A DNA stretch of 64,000 bases from Roseibacillus sp. (GCA_965242925.1 CBDEUM010000029.1:407832-471831); one strand, 5' to 3'. Numbered from the stretch's first letter, positions 1 to 10,271 are shown. The notes: a model not told the origin generated them from the sequence alone. Program-made: numbers and translations.

Positions 1-493
1 AGAGCCCGGGACGCCCTCCTTGCGGTTCGTGCACGTAGAACTGGAAAAGGAGGTGGCAGGGCGGGAGGGCCATCTGGTCAACCTTTCCCACGTTCCAGGC
101 CGAGACGATGTGACGGCGGGAGTGCGGCTTGTTCTTGAGGTCGTCGAGGAGGCGTGAGATCTGGTCGATGGGGCTGCCGTCTTCGGTCTGCCAGGCCCGC
201 CACTGCTGTCCGTAGACCGGCCCGAGATCTCCGTTCTCATCGGCCCATTCGTCCCAGATGCGCACCTTGTTTTCCTGCAGGTAGCGGATGTTGGTCTCGC
301 CCATCAGGAACCAGAGGAGTTCATGGATGATGGAGCGCAGGTGGAGCTTCTTGGTGGTGAGGCAGGGGAATCCCTCACGCAGGTCAAAACGCGCCTGACG
401 ACCGAAGACCGAGCGGGTGCCGGTGCCGGTGCGGTCGGCGCGCTCTTCGCCGTTCTTGAGAACATCACGGAGCAGGTCCAGATATTGCCGCAC
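1..493 (-). CDS. thyA: Thymidylate synthase (5' part; runs off the window)
   Basis: Manual translation from GTG at 493: [31 protein letters not shown]...[18 protein letters not shown]...[21 protein letters not shown]...[14 protein letters not shown], with the catalytic PCH motif. Not in the ORF track because it has no stop in the window. Confidence 0.97.
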   Translation of the reverse strand, partial: MRQYLDLLRDVLKNGEERADRTGTGTRSVFGRQARFDLREGFPCLTTKKLHLRSIIHELLWFLMGETNIRYLQENKVRIWDEWADENGDLGPVYGQQWRAWQTEDGSPIDQISRLLDDLKNKPHSRRHIVSAWNVGKVDQMALPPCHLLFQFYVHEPQGGRPGL

Positions 494-607
494 GCAATAA
501 CCTTAACCAAGAATGGGGCGAAAGACGCGAAAAAAATCCAGGATGGGAGCAACTTTACGGATGATGGGGACTGACGCTGTGGCGGGGCTTTGCTCCGTGC
601 TGCGCCG

Positions 608-1012
608 CTAGTCGTCAGTGCGAGGCTTTCTCCGGAACTCCTTTTTCTGTCCGTGCTGCCGCTTGAGACCGACCTCCCGTTGGCGTTGCCGGCGGGAGCG
701 CCGGCGTTTCTGGCGGCGGATTTTCTCGATGCGCTGACGGCGTTCGGATTTGCGGCCCTGTTCAATCTCCTCGATGCGATCGCACAGCTCCCGGCGGACA
801 AAAAAGCGGTTCATCTCGCGCGAGCGCTGGGTCTGGCACTTGATTTCGATCCCGCTCGGCCGGTGGTGGAGGTAGACGCAGGAGCTGGTCTTGTTGATTT
901 TCTGTCCGCCGTGCCCCGTTCCCCTGATGAATCGCTCAATGAGATCGTCTTCCAGGATTCCGAGCTCCGCCATGCGGCGTTTCATGGCGGCACGTTTGTC
1001 CTGTCCGATCAT
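608..1012 (-). CDS. Peptide chain release factor-like protein (ArfB/YaeJ-type ribosome rescue family)
   Basis: GTGHGGQKINKTSSCVYLHH...QTQRSREMNR GGQ domain followed by a very basic C-terminal tail; 134 aa. Confidence 0.85.
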   Translation of the reverse strand: MIGQDKRAAMKRRMAELGILEDDLIERFIRGTGHGGQKINKTSSCVYLHHRPSGIEIKCQTQRSREMNRFFVRRELCDRIEEIEQGRKSERRQRIEKIRRQKRRRSRRQRQREVGLKRQHGQKKEFRRKPRTDD

Positions 1013-1812
1013 GGCGCAGCCGGGGCTGGCATCGTGGAGCGTTCAGTGGACTGGCAATGGACGATGTAGTCCGAGACCGCTCTCCTGATTTCACCCGCCA
1101 CATCGGCACGCTGCGTGGCGAAGGGCGGGACGAACCATGGATAAGAGCCGATCACATCGGAGGTTACCGCAATCTCGCCGTCACAGCTATCCGTGCCACA
1201 TCCGATTCCGATGGTGGGAATCCCGATGCTGGTGGTGACTTCGGCAGCAACCGCGGGTACCACGGTCTCAAGAACGATGCCGAAGCAGCCGGCCTGCTCA
1301 AGTGTCTCTGCTCCTTTCAGGAGTGCTGATATTTCGTCGGCTGACGTTCCCTTCGTCCTGTAGCCGCCCTCCTCCTTCAGACGTTGCGGGAGCATGCCGA
1401 GGTGGCCCAGGACAGGGATGCCATCCTCCACGATGGCCTTCACTTTCCCGGCCTGGCGGACTCCGCCTTCCAGTTTGATCGCTTCCGCACCGGCTTTCAC
1501 CAGGGCCCGGGCGGTTTCCACCGCCTCGGCTTCACTGTCATAGGAGTGGATCGCGAAGTCGGCCACCAGAAGGGACTCCCGGCAACCGCGGGCGGCGGCG
1601 GCCACATGGTGCAGCATGTGGTCGAGGGTGACATGGGTGGTGTCAGGAAAGCCGAGTACCACCATTCCCAGGGAGTCTCCCACCAGGATGAGATCCGTGC
1701 CCGCCTCATCCAGCAGGCGCGCAGTGGGATAGTCCCAGGCGGTGAGAGCAGCAATGGGTGGTCCAACCTCCTTCCGGGCGCGGAGGGCGGAACACTTGTC
1801 ACTGACAGGCAC
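1009..1812 (-). CDS. panB: 3-methyl-2-oxobutanoate hydroxymethyltransferase
   Basis: LTAWDYPTA, LVGDSLGMV, KLEGG, GHLGMLPQ, TIGIGCG motifs. Start placed at GTG 1812; the ORF track extends to 1932. Confidence 0.95.
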   Translation of the reverse strand: MPVSDKCSALRARKEVGPPIAALTAWDYPTARLLDEAGTDLILVGDSLGMVVLGFPDTTHVTLDHMLHHVAAAARGCRESLLVADFAIHSYDSEAEAVETARALVKAGAEAIKLEGGVRQAGKVKAIVEDGIPVLGHLGMLPQRLKEEGGYRTKGTSADEISALLKGAETLEQAGCFGIVLETVVPAVAAEVTTSIGIPTIGIGCGTDSCDGEIAVTSDVIGSYPWFVPPFATQRADVAGEIRRAVSDYIVHCQSTERSTMPAPAAP

Positions 1813-1975
1813 GGGAAATTCATAGCACCTCTCCGGGGGGGATGCGAGTCCGGGGAAGTAAAAAGATGGTCGGGTTGGTGCGTTCTCCGGAGGTGCGTTT
1901 CCGGGTCCTCTCCAGATCATGTGCCTCGTCATTGGTACGGACTCCGGACCCCGTTGACCGGTTGTCCTTACCCGG

Positions 1976-2485
1976 CTACCAGTTGGCCTGGATGAGGGTC
2001 AGTTCAGGTTCTCCGGAATCAAGGTGCTGGAGATGCCCGCTGATGGTGACGTGATCGCCGGGGAGGGTCATGAGAGGTCGGATTTCAGCGAGGGGCTGCA
2101 GGACGAAGCGCCGGTGGGTCATGTGCGGATGCGGAATGATGAGGATTCCGGTGTCGATGGTGAGGTCATCAAAGTAGAGGATATCGATGTCGATGACGCG
2201 GGGAGAATTTGGACCTGCACCGGGTTTGCGTCCGAGATGGTACTCGATGGCCTTGGCGTCCTCGAGGAGTTTGGCGGGTTCCCCGACGTAATCGAGTTCG
2301 ATCACGGTATTGAAGAAGTCGGGCGAACCTTCCGGGCAGTTGACTGGTTCGCTCTGGTAGACGGGAGCCTGCTCGAAATGGACGTTGTCCGGGGTGAGGG
2401 CACGGAGGAGGTCGCGGGCGGCGCGCAGGTTGGCGAGGCGATCACCCAGATTCGATCCCAGTGCTATTCCCGTCCGAGTGGCCAT
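1976..2485 (-). CDS. folK: 2-amino-4-hydroxy-6-hydroxymethyldihydropteridine diphosphokinase
   Basis: IALGSNLGDR, FFNTV, PRVIDIDILYF, IPHP...RRFVLQPLAEI. Confidence 0.96.
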   Translation of the reverse strand: MATRTGIALGSNLGDRLANLRAARDLLRALTPDNVHFEQAPVYQSEPVNCPEGSPDFFNTVIELDYVGEPAKLLEDAKAIEYHLGRKPGAGPNSPRVIDIDILYFDDLTIDTGILIIPHPHMTHRRFVLQPLAEIRPLMTLPGDHVTISGHLQHLDSGEPELTLIQANW

Positions 2486-2568
2486 TTCAAGATGCTGACG
2501 ATACGGTTTGCATGCCTGCTTAGTCGATGCCAGGGCGACAGGACTCTCCGCGAAACTCCGCGGATGGC

Positions 2569-3303
2569 TTACCTGAGTCCCAGGACGTCCTGCATGTCGA
2601 AGAGACCCGGGGATTTGTCACCGAGCCAGAGGGCGGCCTGGAGAGCTCCCGAAGCGAAGGTCATGCGGCTGGAGGCCTTGTGAGTCAGTTCCACGCGCTC
2701 GCCCTCGGCGGCGAACATGACGGTGTGGTCCCCCACGACATCCCCACCGCGGAGTGAGTGCATGCCGATCTGCCGGCCGGGTCGCGCTCCGGTGATTCCA
2801 ACCCGGCCGTGGCTCACATCGTCTTCGTATGAAGTGCCCGTTTCCTCGTTGAGGATCTCGAGGAGACGGCGGGCGGTGCCGGAAGGGGCATCAATCTTGT
2901 GATGGTGATGCATTTCGGTCACTTCGATATCGCACCGGTCGTTGCCGAGGATGCGGGCCGCGTGGCGGGTGAGCCAGAAGAGCGTGTTGACGCCCACCGA
3001 AAAGTTGGGAGCAAGGACGATGGGGATTTTATTCGAGGCCTCGTGGATGGCGGTGAGTTCCTTCTCATCGTGTCCGGTCGTGCCGATGACGAGAGCGCTC
3101 CTGGTAGCCAACGCTTCCTGGAGAAGCTGGGCGGTGAACGAGTGGATGGTGAAATCGATCACGGCATCTGCTCCTTCAAGGAGAGGGCCCAGCTCTTCCC
3201 CCGTGTCGTGGGTTCCGTGAATGGTGGCGGCTGGATGGGCTTCCACGGCTTCCGCCACGGACAGACCCATGCGGCCCGAACGCCCGGTGATGACGATGTT
3301 CAT
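2569..3303 (-). CDS. dapB: 4-hydroxy-tetrahydrodipicolinate reductase
   Basis: GRMG, IDFT, VIGTTG, APNFSVGVN, EMHHHHKIDAPSGTA, RGGDVVGDHTV. Confidence 0.97.
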   Translation of the reverse strand: MNIVITGRSGRMGLSVAEAVEAHPAATIHGTHDTGEELGPLLEGADAVIDFTIHSFTAQLLQEALATRSALVIGTTGHDEKELTAIHEASNKIPIVLAPNFSVGVNTLFWLTRHAARILGNDRCDIEVTEMHHHHKIDAPSGTARRLLEILNEETGTSYEDDVSHGRVGITGARPGRQIGMHSLRGGDVVGDHTVMFAAEGERVELTHKASSRMTFASGALQAALWLGDKSPGLFDMQDVLGLR

Positions 3304-3327
3304 GGTGAGGTGATGAAAGGGGACAGG

Positions 3328-4206
3328 CTAAAGGAGCTCGAACTCGCTGAGGACGGCCCGCAGTTCTTCAGTTTTTTCCGCGGTGAGGCCGACGAGGGGG
3401 AGCCGGAACTCGGCGGTGCACTGTCCACGGAGGGCGAGGGCACTCTTGATGGGGATGGGATTGGTATCGAGGGTCATGAGCGCACTCAGGAGGGGGTAGT
3501 AGCGCTTCTGGATTCCCAGGGCTTCATCGAAGGAGCCGTTGAGGGCCGCCTTGACCAGGCGGGCGACCACATCGGGGATCAGGTTGGCGGCCACGGAAAC
3601 TACTCCCACCGCTCCCACCGATATGAAGGGGATGGTGAGAGGATCGTCGCCGGAGACCACGGTGAAGGCTTCCGGGACGGCCTGGACGAGCTTGTTGACG
3701 CGGTCTGACGACCCCCCCGCTTCCTTGATGCTGACCACGGTCTCACAGTCGCGGGCCAACCGCGCGACGGTCTCCACATCGATCTGAATGACACTGCGTC
3801 CGGGCACTGAATAGAGCATGAGGGGAAGGGAGGAGGCGTCCGCGACCGCCTTGAAGTGCTGGTAGAGTCCTTCCTGGGAGGGCTTGTTGTAGTAGGGGCA
3901 GACCTGGAGAGAACCGTCGGCCCCAGCCTGCTCTGCTTCCCTGGTAAGGAGAATGGCCTCGCTGGTGGAATTGGCGCCGGTGCCGGCCACCACCTTCAGG
4001 CGCCCCGCGGAAAACTCCACCGCACGCCTGATGATCTCGATGTGCTCGGCATCGTTGACGGTAGGGGATTCGCCGGTCGTGCCAACCGGGACGATCCCGT
4101 CAATGCCGGCCTCGGCCTGGCGATTGATGAGCGCCTCGAAAGCGTCATAATCGACGTGACCGTCGCGAAATGGCGTGACAAGGGCGGTGTAGCTGCCTGC
4201 GAACAT
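3328..4206 (-). CDS. dapA: 4-hydroxy-tetrahydrodipicolinate synthase
   Basis: ALVTPF, GTTGESPT, GTGANST, PYYNKPSQEG, IKEA, SGDD, NPIPIK. Start at ATG 4206. Confidence 0.97.
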   Translation of the reverse strand: MFAGSYTALVTPFRDGHVDYDAFEALINRQAEAGIDGIVPVGTTGESPTVNDAEHIEIIRRAVEFSAGRLKVVAGTGANSTSEAILLTREAEQAGADGSLQVCPYYNKPSQEGLYQHFKAVADASSLPLMLYSVPGRSVIQIDVETVARLARDCETVVSIKEAGGSSDRVNKLVQAVPEAFTVVSGDDPLTIPFISVGAVGVVSVAANLIPDVVARLVKAALNGSFDEALGIQKRYYPLLSALMTLDTNPIPIKSALALRGQCTAEFRLPLVGLTAEKTEELRAVLSEFELL

Positions 4207-4263
4207 GGCAGGAGAGTAGTGGGGAGCGATCACCGCACTAGCAAGGGCAAAAACGCCTCCTGT

Positions 4264-5073
4264 TCACAACTCGATATCGCCCTCGAAGACGAAGTCGGCC
4301 GGACCGGTGAGAGTGACGTTTCGGAAGCCTGTCCCGGCGTTGCCTTCGAAGCCAATCCGGAGCGTCTCTCCGCCCTGGACGTCGACTTTGATGGGCGCGG
4401 GCGCCCCGTGGAGGAGGTGATGGATAATGGCGCAGGCCACCATGCCCGTGCCGCAGGCCAGGGTTTCGTTCTCCACTCCGCGTTCGTAGGTCCGGATCGC
4501 GATGTGTCCGGGAGCGATCTCCTTCACGAAGTTGGCGTTGGTTCCGTTGGGGAAGTGTTCGTGGTGGCTGATGGCGGCGCCCAACCGGAGGACATCAAGA
4601 TTGGCGAGGTCATCGACATAGGCCAGAGCGTGAGGAACTCCAGTGTTCAGGATGTGAAGGGAGCTTTCGAGATCCTTGATCGAGACCCCGGAATTCAGGT
4701 CGAGGTCAAAGGGGGTCGACATGGTGACCTCGACCTCCTCCCCGATGAGCCGGGCTGTGAGGGTGCCGGCGATGGTCTCGAAGCTGATGTTCTCCCGGCT
4801 GTCGTTGAGCAGACGGGCGGTGTAACGACCGAAGCAGCGGGCGCCATTGCCGCACATCTCGGCTTCGCCACCGTCGGCATTGTAGTAGCGGAACCTGAAA
4901 TCCGCTCCGTTCCGGGCTGGTTCGGCTGCCAGCAGGCCATCGGCGCCCACCCCCCGGTGACGGTCACAGATCCTTGCTATCTGCTCGTTGCTGAGCTCGA
5001 TCGAAAGGGCCCGATTGTCGATCATGACGAAATCGTTTCCGGCTCCGTTCATCTTGGTGAAAGGCAGACGCAT
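4264..5073 (-). CDS. dapF: Diaminopimelate epimerase
   Basis: FTKMNGAGNDF, GVGADG, EMCGNGARC, NTGVPH, RTYERGVENETLACGTG. Confidence 0.97.
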   Translation of the reverse strand: MRLPFTKMNGAGNDFVMIDNRALSIELSNEQIARICDRHRGVGADGLLAAEPARNGADFRFRYYNADGGEAEMCGNGARCFGRYTARLLNDSRENISFETIAGTLTARLIGEEVEVTMSTPFDLDLNSGVSIKDLESSLHILNTGVPHALAYVDDLANLDVLRLGAAISHHEHFPNGTNANFVKEIAPGHIAIRTYERGVENETLACGTGMVACAIIHHLLHGAPAPIKVDVQGGETLRIGFEGNAGTGFRNVTLTGPADFVFEGDIEL

Positions 5074-5268
5074 GGCGTGCTTGATATGCGTGGAAGGCGA
5101 TACGCCTGTTGGGTGCAAAGGTCAAGGTCCAGCCCTTGGGTCGGGAGCGTGCGATGGCTTGTCCATGGAAGCTCTCGGGTTCAGGTCGGGAGCATCCGCT
5201 TGGAGGAGCGGGGAGTCCGGTAGGCTCACATGCCGGTCAGCCAGTGCGGCGGAGGGGCTGCCGGTTCC

Positions 5269-6075
5269 TTACCCATGGGCCTTGGCGGCCTCGATGAGGG
5301 GCCTGGTGAAGGCCCCTACTTTATCCGCTACATCGGGAGCGTCGGCATTGAGTTCGACCTGCTTGACGATGGCGGAACCCACCACGATGCCGTCCGAGAC
5401 GGAGGCCACGAGGGCGGCCTGCTCGGGTGTGGCAATCCCGAATCCCACACAGACAGGGAGGTCGGTGTGCCGCCTTATTGCCGACACGTGGTCGCCGATC
5501 TGTGCGGAAGGTCCTCCATGGGAGCCGGTCACCCCGGTTCGGGAGAGGGCGTAGATGAACCCCTCCGCATGGCGGGTGAGAAGGTCGATGCGGCCGGGAG
5601 GAGTGGTGGGAGCAATGAGGCGGATCTGCCGCAGGCCCGCATGGTTGGCCATCTCGCAATTCAGGGCCGCTTCATCAGGGGGGAGATCGAGAAGGAGGAT
5701 GCCGTCTGCTCCGGCCTCGGCGGCATCGTGGTGGTAGGCGTCGTAGCCGTAGGTGTAGACGGGGTTGAGATAGGTGAAGAGAACGATGGGGATCTGGTGG
5801 GATTTGCGGAAGCGGCGGATGAGTTCGAAAACCCCTTTGCTGTCACAGCCGGCCGCAAGGGATCGGGCAGCCGCAGCCTGGTTGACGATGCCGTCGGCGA
5901 GGGGATCGGAAAAGGGAACGCCCAGTTCGATGATATCCGCTCCCGCTTCCGCGAGTGCGATCAGGATCTCCAGGGAACGCCCAAGGTCGGGGTCGCCCGC
6001 ACTCACATAAGCCACGAAGGCCTTCTCGCCGGTGGCCCGGAGATTCTCGAAGGTGGCGTCTATGCGGTTGCTCAT
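5269..6075 (-). CDS. trpA: Tryptophan synthase alpha chain
   Basis: AGDP, IELGVPFSDPLADG, SRTGVTG, VGFGI, GIVVGSA. Confidence 0.97.
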   Translation of the reverse strand: MSNRIDATFENLRATGEKAFVAYVSAGDPDLGRSLEILIALAEAGADIIELGVPFSDPLADGIVNQAAAARSLAAGCDSKGVFELIRRFRKSHQIPIVLFTYLNPVYTYGYDAYHHDAAEAGADGILLLDLPPDEAALNCEMANHAGLRQIRLIAPTTPPGRIDLLTRHAEGFIYALSRTGVTGSHGGPSAQIGDHVSAIRRHTDLPVCVGFGIATPEQAALVASVSDGIVVGSAIVKQVELNADAPDVADKVGAFTRPLIEAAKAHG

Positions 6076-6160
6076 GCCGCCAGAGGGATAGGGGAGAGCG
6101 GGCCCGGTGGGAAGGACGATTGGTGGACAAGGAGAGATCTTCGTGGTTCAGTCACCCGCC

Positions 6161-6526
6161 ATGCGTGCGCGTCTGACCAAGGACTTTCGTTTTGAAGCGG
6201 CCCATACCCTCCCCAGCCTGCCGGAAGGGCACAAGTGCCGATGCATGCACGGTCATAGCTTCAGGGTGGAGATTTCGATTGAGGGCGAAGTGGATGAGAA
6301 GATCGGCTGGGTTTATGACCACAAGCGGATCAGCGACGCCGTGGCACCTCTTCTGGCAGATCTCGATCACGGTTACCTCAATGACATCGAGGGGTTGGAG
6401 AGTCCGACCATCGAGCACCTGGCCGCCTGGTTCTGGCGGAAGCTGGAAGCCGGTCTTCCGGGACTCTGTGAGGTCGTGATCTACGAAACCCCAACCGCGC
6501 GCTGTGTCTTTCGCGGTGAGTTTTGA
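6161..6526 (+). CDS. queD: 6-carboxytetrahydropterin synthase
   Basis: FEAAH, HKCRCMHGHSF, LDHGYLNDIEGLESPT, ETPT. Start at ATG 6161. Confidence 0.93.
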   Translation: MRARLTKDFRFEAAHTLPSLPEGHKCRCMHGHSFRVEISIEGEVDEKIGWVYDHKRISDAVAPLLADLDHGYLNDIEGLESPTIEHLAAWFWRKLEAGLPGLCEVVIYETPTARCVFRGEF

Positions 6527-6564
6527 CTGGTGTTTGGGCGGGGAGAGGTTACCTAGCCTGCGAC

Positions 6565-6783
6565 ATGAAACGCCTGAGTCTTCTGGTTGCCGTTTTTGCC
6601 TTCCTCCTGGGCTCCTGTGAGCGTCATAATTGGGAGGATGTGGATGAGAATGGGGACGGCAGGATCGACCAGAACGAAAAGGGCACCAAGCGTCTTTACA
6701 AGGAGCACAAGGAAGACGAAGGGGAGCACAAGGAAGACAAGGAAGACGAAGGGGAGCACAAGGAAGACGAAGAGGAGGGCTAG
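6565..6783 (+). CDS. Small lipoprotein with an EF-hand-like loop and an acidic His/Lys repeat tail
   Basis: MKRLSLLVAVFAFLLGS-C lipobox; DENGDGRIDQNE; KEDEGEHKED repeats. Confidence 0.7.
   Translation: MKRLSLLVAVFAFLLGSCERHNWEDVDENGDGRIDQNEKGTKRLYKEHKEDEGEHKEDKEDEGEHKEDEEEG
6708..6767 (+). repeat. Perfect 30-bp tandem repeat x2 within the lipoprotein gene
   Basis: caaggaagacgaaggggagcacaaggaaga occurs twice in tandem. Confidence 0.9.
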
Positions 6784-7439
6784 GAAGGTCTCCGCTTCCT
6801 CCGGTAGGAGAGGAAGCACTCGCCGTTGTCGAGGGGCTCGAAGTGAGTGAGCTCGAATTCAAGGGAGGCGGGCAGATGGTCTCCCAGAGGGCCGGTGATG
6901 GTGGGAGCCTCCGCTCCGCCCAAGAGGGTGTGGCCCGCCCAGGTAAGATGAATCTCATCGAGGGCATCGAGCTCGGCAAGGGTCCGTACCAGGGTCCCGC
7001 CGCCTTCGCAGAGGAGGGTCCTGACCTGATGCCCGGTGGCCAGGATGTGGAGGAACTCCTGAATCGAGCAACGGTGTACGGTCGCGCCGACAGCCTCATA
7101 GAGGCCCGGGTCGTAGTCCTCCGGGGCCGTTGTGGCGAGCAGGTGAATGGCACCACCCGCGCTATGAAAGACCTTGTGTCCGAGGTCGAATTTCCCCGCG
7201 TGCGAGGCGATGCACCGCAACGGCTGGCGGGGCGGCTTGAGTTCGGGCGGGATGGTCATCGACATGTTGTCCGCTTCCAAGGTGCCCCGTCCCACCATGA
7301 GGGCGTCCGCCCGCCCGCGGATTTCCAACAGGCGCTGGAGATCACGTGGGGAAGTGAACTGCGCCGGGTCCTTGTTCACGGTGGAAATCTTGCCATCGGC
7401 AGTGATGGCGAAGTTGATCAGAACGGTTGGACGGGTCAT
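6780..7439 (-). CDS. RibD C-terminal / dihydrofolate-reductase-like pyrimidine reductase family protein
   Basis: INFAITADGKIS, RGRADALMVGRGTLEADN, LLCEGGGTL, DEIHLT. Start at ATG 7439. Confidence 0.88.
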   Translation of the reverse strand: MTRPTVLINFAITADGKISTVNKDPAQFTSPRDLQRLLEIRGRADALMVGRGTLEADNMSMTIPPELKPPRQPLRCIASHAGKFDLGHKVFHSAGGAIHLLATTAPEDYDPGLYEAVGATVHRCSIQEFLHILATGHQVRTLLCEGGGTLVRTLAELDALDEIHLTWAGHTLLGGAEAPTITGPLGDHLPASLEFELTHFEPLDNGECFLSYRRKRRPS

Positions 7440-7555
7440 GCCGCTTTTTCGTGGGACGTGAGAATGACGCGAATGGCGGCGGGGCAAGAGCGGATATTGT
7501 AATAATTGCAGGTTGAAAACAGGGAAATAGATTGTACGCTGTTCCACCTGAAGCC

Positions 7556-7936
7556 ATGACCGAGCCCCAAGCCACCTCCCCTCACCCTCAAATAGCCTGT
7601 TTTCTCAAGACCTATTGCGGTTGGAGTGAAGGCGTGCGCGCCATCATGCGCAAGTATGAACTGGACTACGAGGAGAAGGATATCATTGCAAACCCGGCCT
7701 TCCGCTGGGAGATGGAGCAGAAGAGCGGTCAGCCGCTCTCGCCCTGCGTGGAAATCAACGGGGAAATGTTGCCGGACGTGAGCGGGGAGGAAGTGGAGGC
7801 ATGGATGATTGAAAGGGGACTTGTCAGGGCCAGTGAGGTTGAGCCCGACGCGCCGATTGACTCGTCCTGTTCCCCCGAGGAACACGAGGCCCGGGCGCAG
7901 GAAGATGCCGCCGGGAAGGTTGTCTTCGTGGATTAG
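7556..7936 (+). CDS. Glutaredoxin-like protein (monothiol-type CGWS)
   Basis: KTYCGWS...YEEKDI...KSGQPLSPCVEING thioredoxin-fold pattern. Confidence 0.82.
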   Translation: MTEPQATSPHPQIACFLKTYCGWSEGVRAIMRKYELDYEEKDIIANPAFRWEMEQKSGQPLSPCVEINGEMLPDVSGEEVEAWMIERGLVRASEVEPDAPIDSSCSPEEHEARAQEDAAGKVVFVD

Positions 7937-7951
7937 GAAGTGCCTCTGAGG

Positions 7952-9013
7952 TTAACCGCGCCGTTTCCGGACGGCTTGGGCGAATCCTTCCAGCACCTCC
8001 TCGGTGGCCTGCCACGAGATACAGGCGTCCGTGACGGATTGGCCGTAAACCAGTGCTCCGGGGTCGTCGCCGAGCTTCTGGTTGCCCTCCACCAGGTTGG
8101 ATTCAACCATGACCGCTGCGATGGCGCTGCATCCGGTTGCGATTTGCGCACAGAGATCGTGGGCCACTTCGGGTTGTTTCCGGTAGTCCTTGCAGGAATT
8201 TCCATGGGAGCAGTCGACCATCAGGTAGGGAGCGAGCCCGGCTTCGCCGAGGTGGCCCTCCACCCGGGCGATGCTTTCAGCGTCGTGATTCGGTCCGTCG
8301 GTTCCACCGCGCAGGATGATGTGGCAGGCCCTGTTGCCGGCGGTGGTCACGATGGCGGAGACACCCTGCTTGGTGACCGAAAGGAAATGGTGGCCTTCGC
8401 GGGCTGCGCCGATGGCATCCAGTGCTATCTGGTTCGATCCCCCGGTCCCGTTCTTGAAGCCCACCGGCATCGACAGACCGGAAGCGAGCTCGCGGTGGAT
8501 CTGTGATTCGGTGGTGCGTGCCCCGATGGCCGCCCAGGCGATCAGGTCGGCGATGTACTGCGGCGAGATGGTGTCGAGAAACTCCGTTCCGGCCGGAACG
8601 CCGAGGGCGGCCAGCTCGAGGAGGAGTTCGCGCGCAATGCGCAGTCCCCGGTTGATGTCGAAGGAGTTGTCGAGGTGAGGATCGTTGATGAGCCCCTTCC
8701 AGCCCACCGTGGTGCGGGGTTTTTCGAAGTAGACCCGCATGACGATCTGCAGATCGTCGCCGAAGCGGTCAATCAGGGGCTTGAGCCGCGAACCGTATTC
8801 CAGGGCGGCGGAGGGATCGTGAATGGAACAGGGGCCAATTACGACCAGGAGGCGGTCGTCCTTGCCCTCGAGGATGGCTTCCGCCTGCAGGCGTGCGTTG
8901 CAGACAAGCTCAGTGGCCCCGCTGGTGATGGGGAGATAATAGGAGAGAACCGCCGGAGAGATGAGCGGATCAATCCCGGCGATGCGGAGGTCATCGGTTT
9001 TGTGGGGCGGCAC
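7952..9013 (-). CDS. aroG: 3-deoxy-7-phosphoheptulonate (DAHP) synthase, class I (AroF/G/H type)
   Basis: TDDLRI, GPCSIHD, MRVYFEKPRTTVGWKGLINDP, IGARTTESQIHRELASG, DCSHGNS, YGQSVTDACI. Start approximated at GTG 9013; the isoenzyme name is not resolvable. Confidence 0.93.
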   Translation of the reverse strand: MPPHKTDDLRIAGIDPLISPAVLSYYLPITSGATELVCNARLQAEAILEGKDDRLLVVIGPCSIHDPSAALEYGSRLKPLIDRFGDDLQIVMRVYFEKPRTTVGWKGLINDPHLDNSFDINRGLRIARELLLELAALGVPAGTEFLDTISPQYIADLIAWAAIGARTTESQIHRELASGLSMPVGFKNGTGGSNQIALDAIGAAREGHHFLSVTKQGVSAIVTTAGNRACHIILRGGTDGPNHDAESIARVEGHLGEAGLAPYLMVDCSHGNSCKDYRKQPEVAHDLCAQIATGCSAIAAVMVESNLVEGNQKLGDDPGALVYGQSVTDACISWQATEEVLEGFAQAVRKRRG

Positions 9014-9139
9014 GGGGAGGAAGTTGGTGGCGCGGTTGTTGTGATGCAAGGGTATTTGCACCCCGTGGGGAGGTGATGGGGAAGGGCTTCGCGGGGATTT
9101 AGGTTTCAGAATCCGGCATTTGGAATCTACCTTCCATCC

Positions 9140-10264
9140 ATGAGTCAGCATGTGCAGCCCACGAAGGTGCCGCAGGAACGGGATTTCACAGGCGGGATGA
9201 TTCCGCCGGCCTCCTGCTCCTTTGTCGGATCAACGGGAGAGAAGGAATTGGATGATCGCATCATGAATCTCGCGCAAGGCACGCCCGAGGTGCCCAATCA
9301 TTGCCTGTTGGAGGAGATGATGATCACGGCGGTGCGGATCGCCCGTGGCGGAGCGGTGACCGAGGGGGACTTCAAGCTCATGAATCGGGCCCTCAAGGAA
9401 ATGCGGGAGGCCAGCGAGGTGTTTCATCCTTACCGCAATCATCGCAAGATAGCCGTCTTCGGATCCGCGCGGACACGGCCGGACGAACCGGCCTACCAGA
9501 CCGCGGCGGAGTTTTCGCGCCGCATGCGGGAGGAGGGCTTCATGACCATCACGGGCGCTGGGCCGGGCATCATGGCGGCGGGCAACGAGGGGGCGGGGCG
9601 GGAGGACAGTTTCGGGCTGGATATCTCACTGCCCTTCGAAGCCTCTGCCAACGAGTTCATTGCGGGAGATCCCAAGCTGGTCAAATTCAACTACTTCTTC
9701 ACCCGGAAGTTGTCCTTCGTGAAGGAGGCTGATGCCGCAGTCGGTCTGCCGGGGGGGTTCGGGACAATGGACGAGATTTTTGAGGCCCTCACCCTGATTC
9801 AGACCGGGAAGGCTTCCATCTATCCGATTGTCCTTCTCGATGGGAAGGGAGGAACCTACTGGAAGTTCTGGAAGCAGTTCGTCGATGAGCATCTGGCCCG
9901 GCTGGGAATGATCTCGGAAAATGACTTCCATCTTTTCCGGGTGACCGATGACGTGGAGGAAGCAGTGGAGGAGATCGTCGGTTTCTACCGGATCTTCCAT
10001 TCCTACCGTTATGTTGGCGACAAGATCGTGTTGCGTCTCAATGCCCCTCTTACCGAGGATTCCCTTGCCACGATCGAGGAGGAATTTGCCGACGTTGTGA
10101 AGGCGGGCAGGATGATCCAGCAGAAGGCCCTGGAGGAGGAGAATGACGAAGAGGAATTGTCGGAGTTGGTTCGTCTGGTCTTTCGTCATCGGCGACGGGA
10201 TTTCGGTCGGTTACGGCAATTGATTGATGCCGTGAATACCAGTGAGGTTGTAGTACAGAAGTGA
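9140..10264 (+). CDS. LOG family nucleotide phosphoribohydrolase (long form)
   Basis: VFGSAR, TGAGPGIM, FFTRK, PGGFGTMDE. The start may be 9197. Confidence 0.9.
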   Translation: MSQHVQPTKVPQERDFTGGMIPPASCSFVGSTGEKELDDRIMNLAQGTPEVPNHCLLEEMMITAVRIARGGAVTEGDFKLMNRALKEMREASEVFHPYRNHRKIAVFGSARTRPDEPAYQTAAEFSRRMREEGFMTITGAGPGIMAAGNEGAGREDSFGLDISLPFEASANEFIAGDPKLVKFNYFFTRKLSFVKEADAAVGLPGGFGTMDEIFEALTLIQTGKASIYPIVLLDGKGGTYWKFWKQFVDEHLARLGMISENDFHLFRVTDDVEEAVEEIVGFYRIFHSYRYVGDKIVLRLNAPLTEDSLATIEEEFADVVKAGRMIQQKALEEENDEEELSELVRLVFRHRRRDFGRLRQLIDAVNTSEVVVQK

Positions 10265-10271
10265 GGAGATC

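Noticed and set aside
3856..5223. Long + strand ORF (455 aa) and similar antisense ORFs such as 20047-21813 and 49702-51696
   Set aside because: Shadow frames opposite well-supported genes, expected in high-GC DNA; no recognisable motifs.
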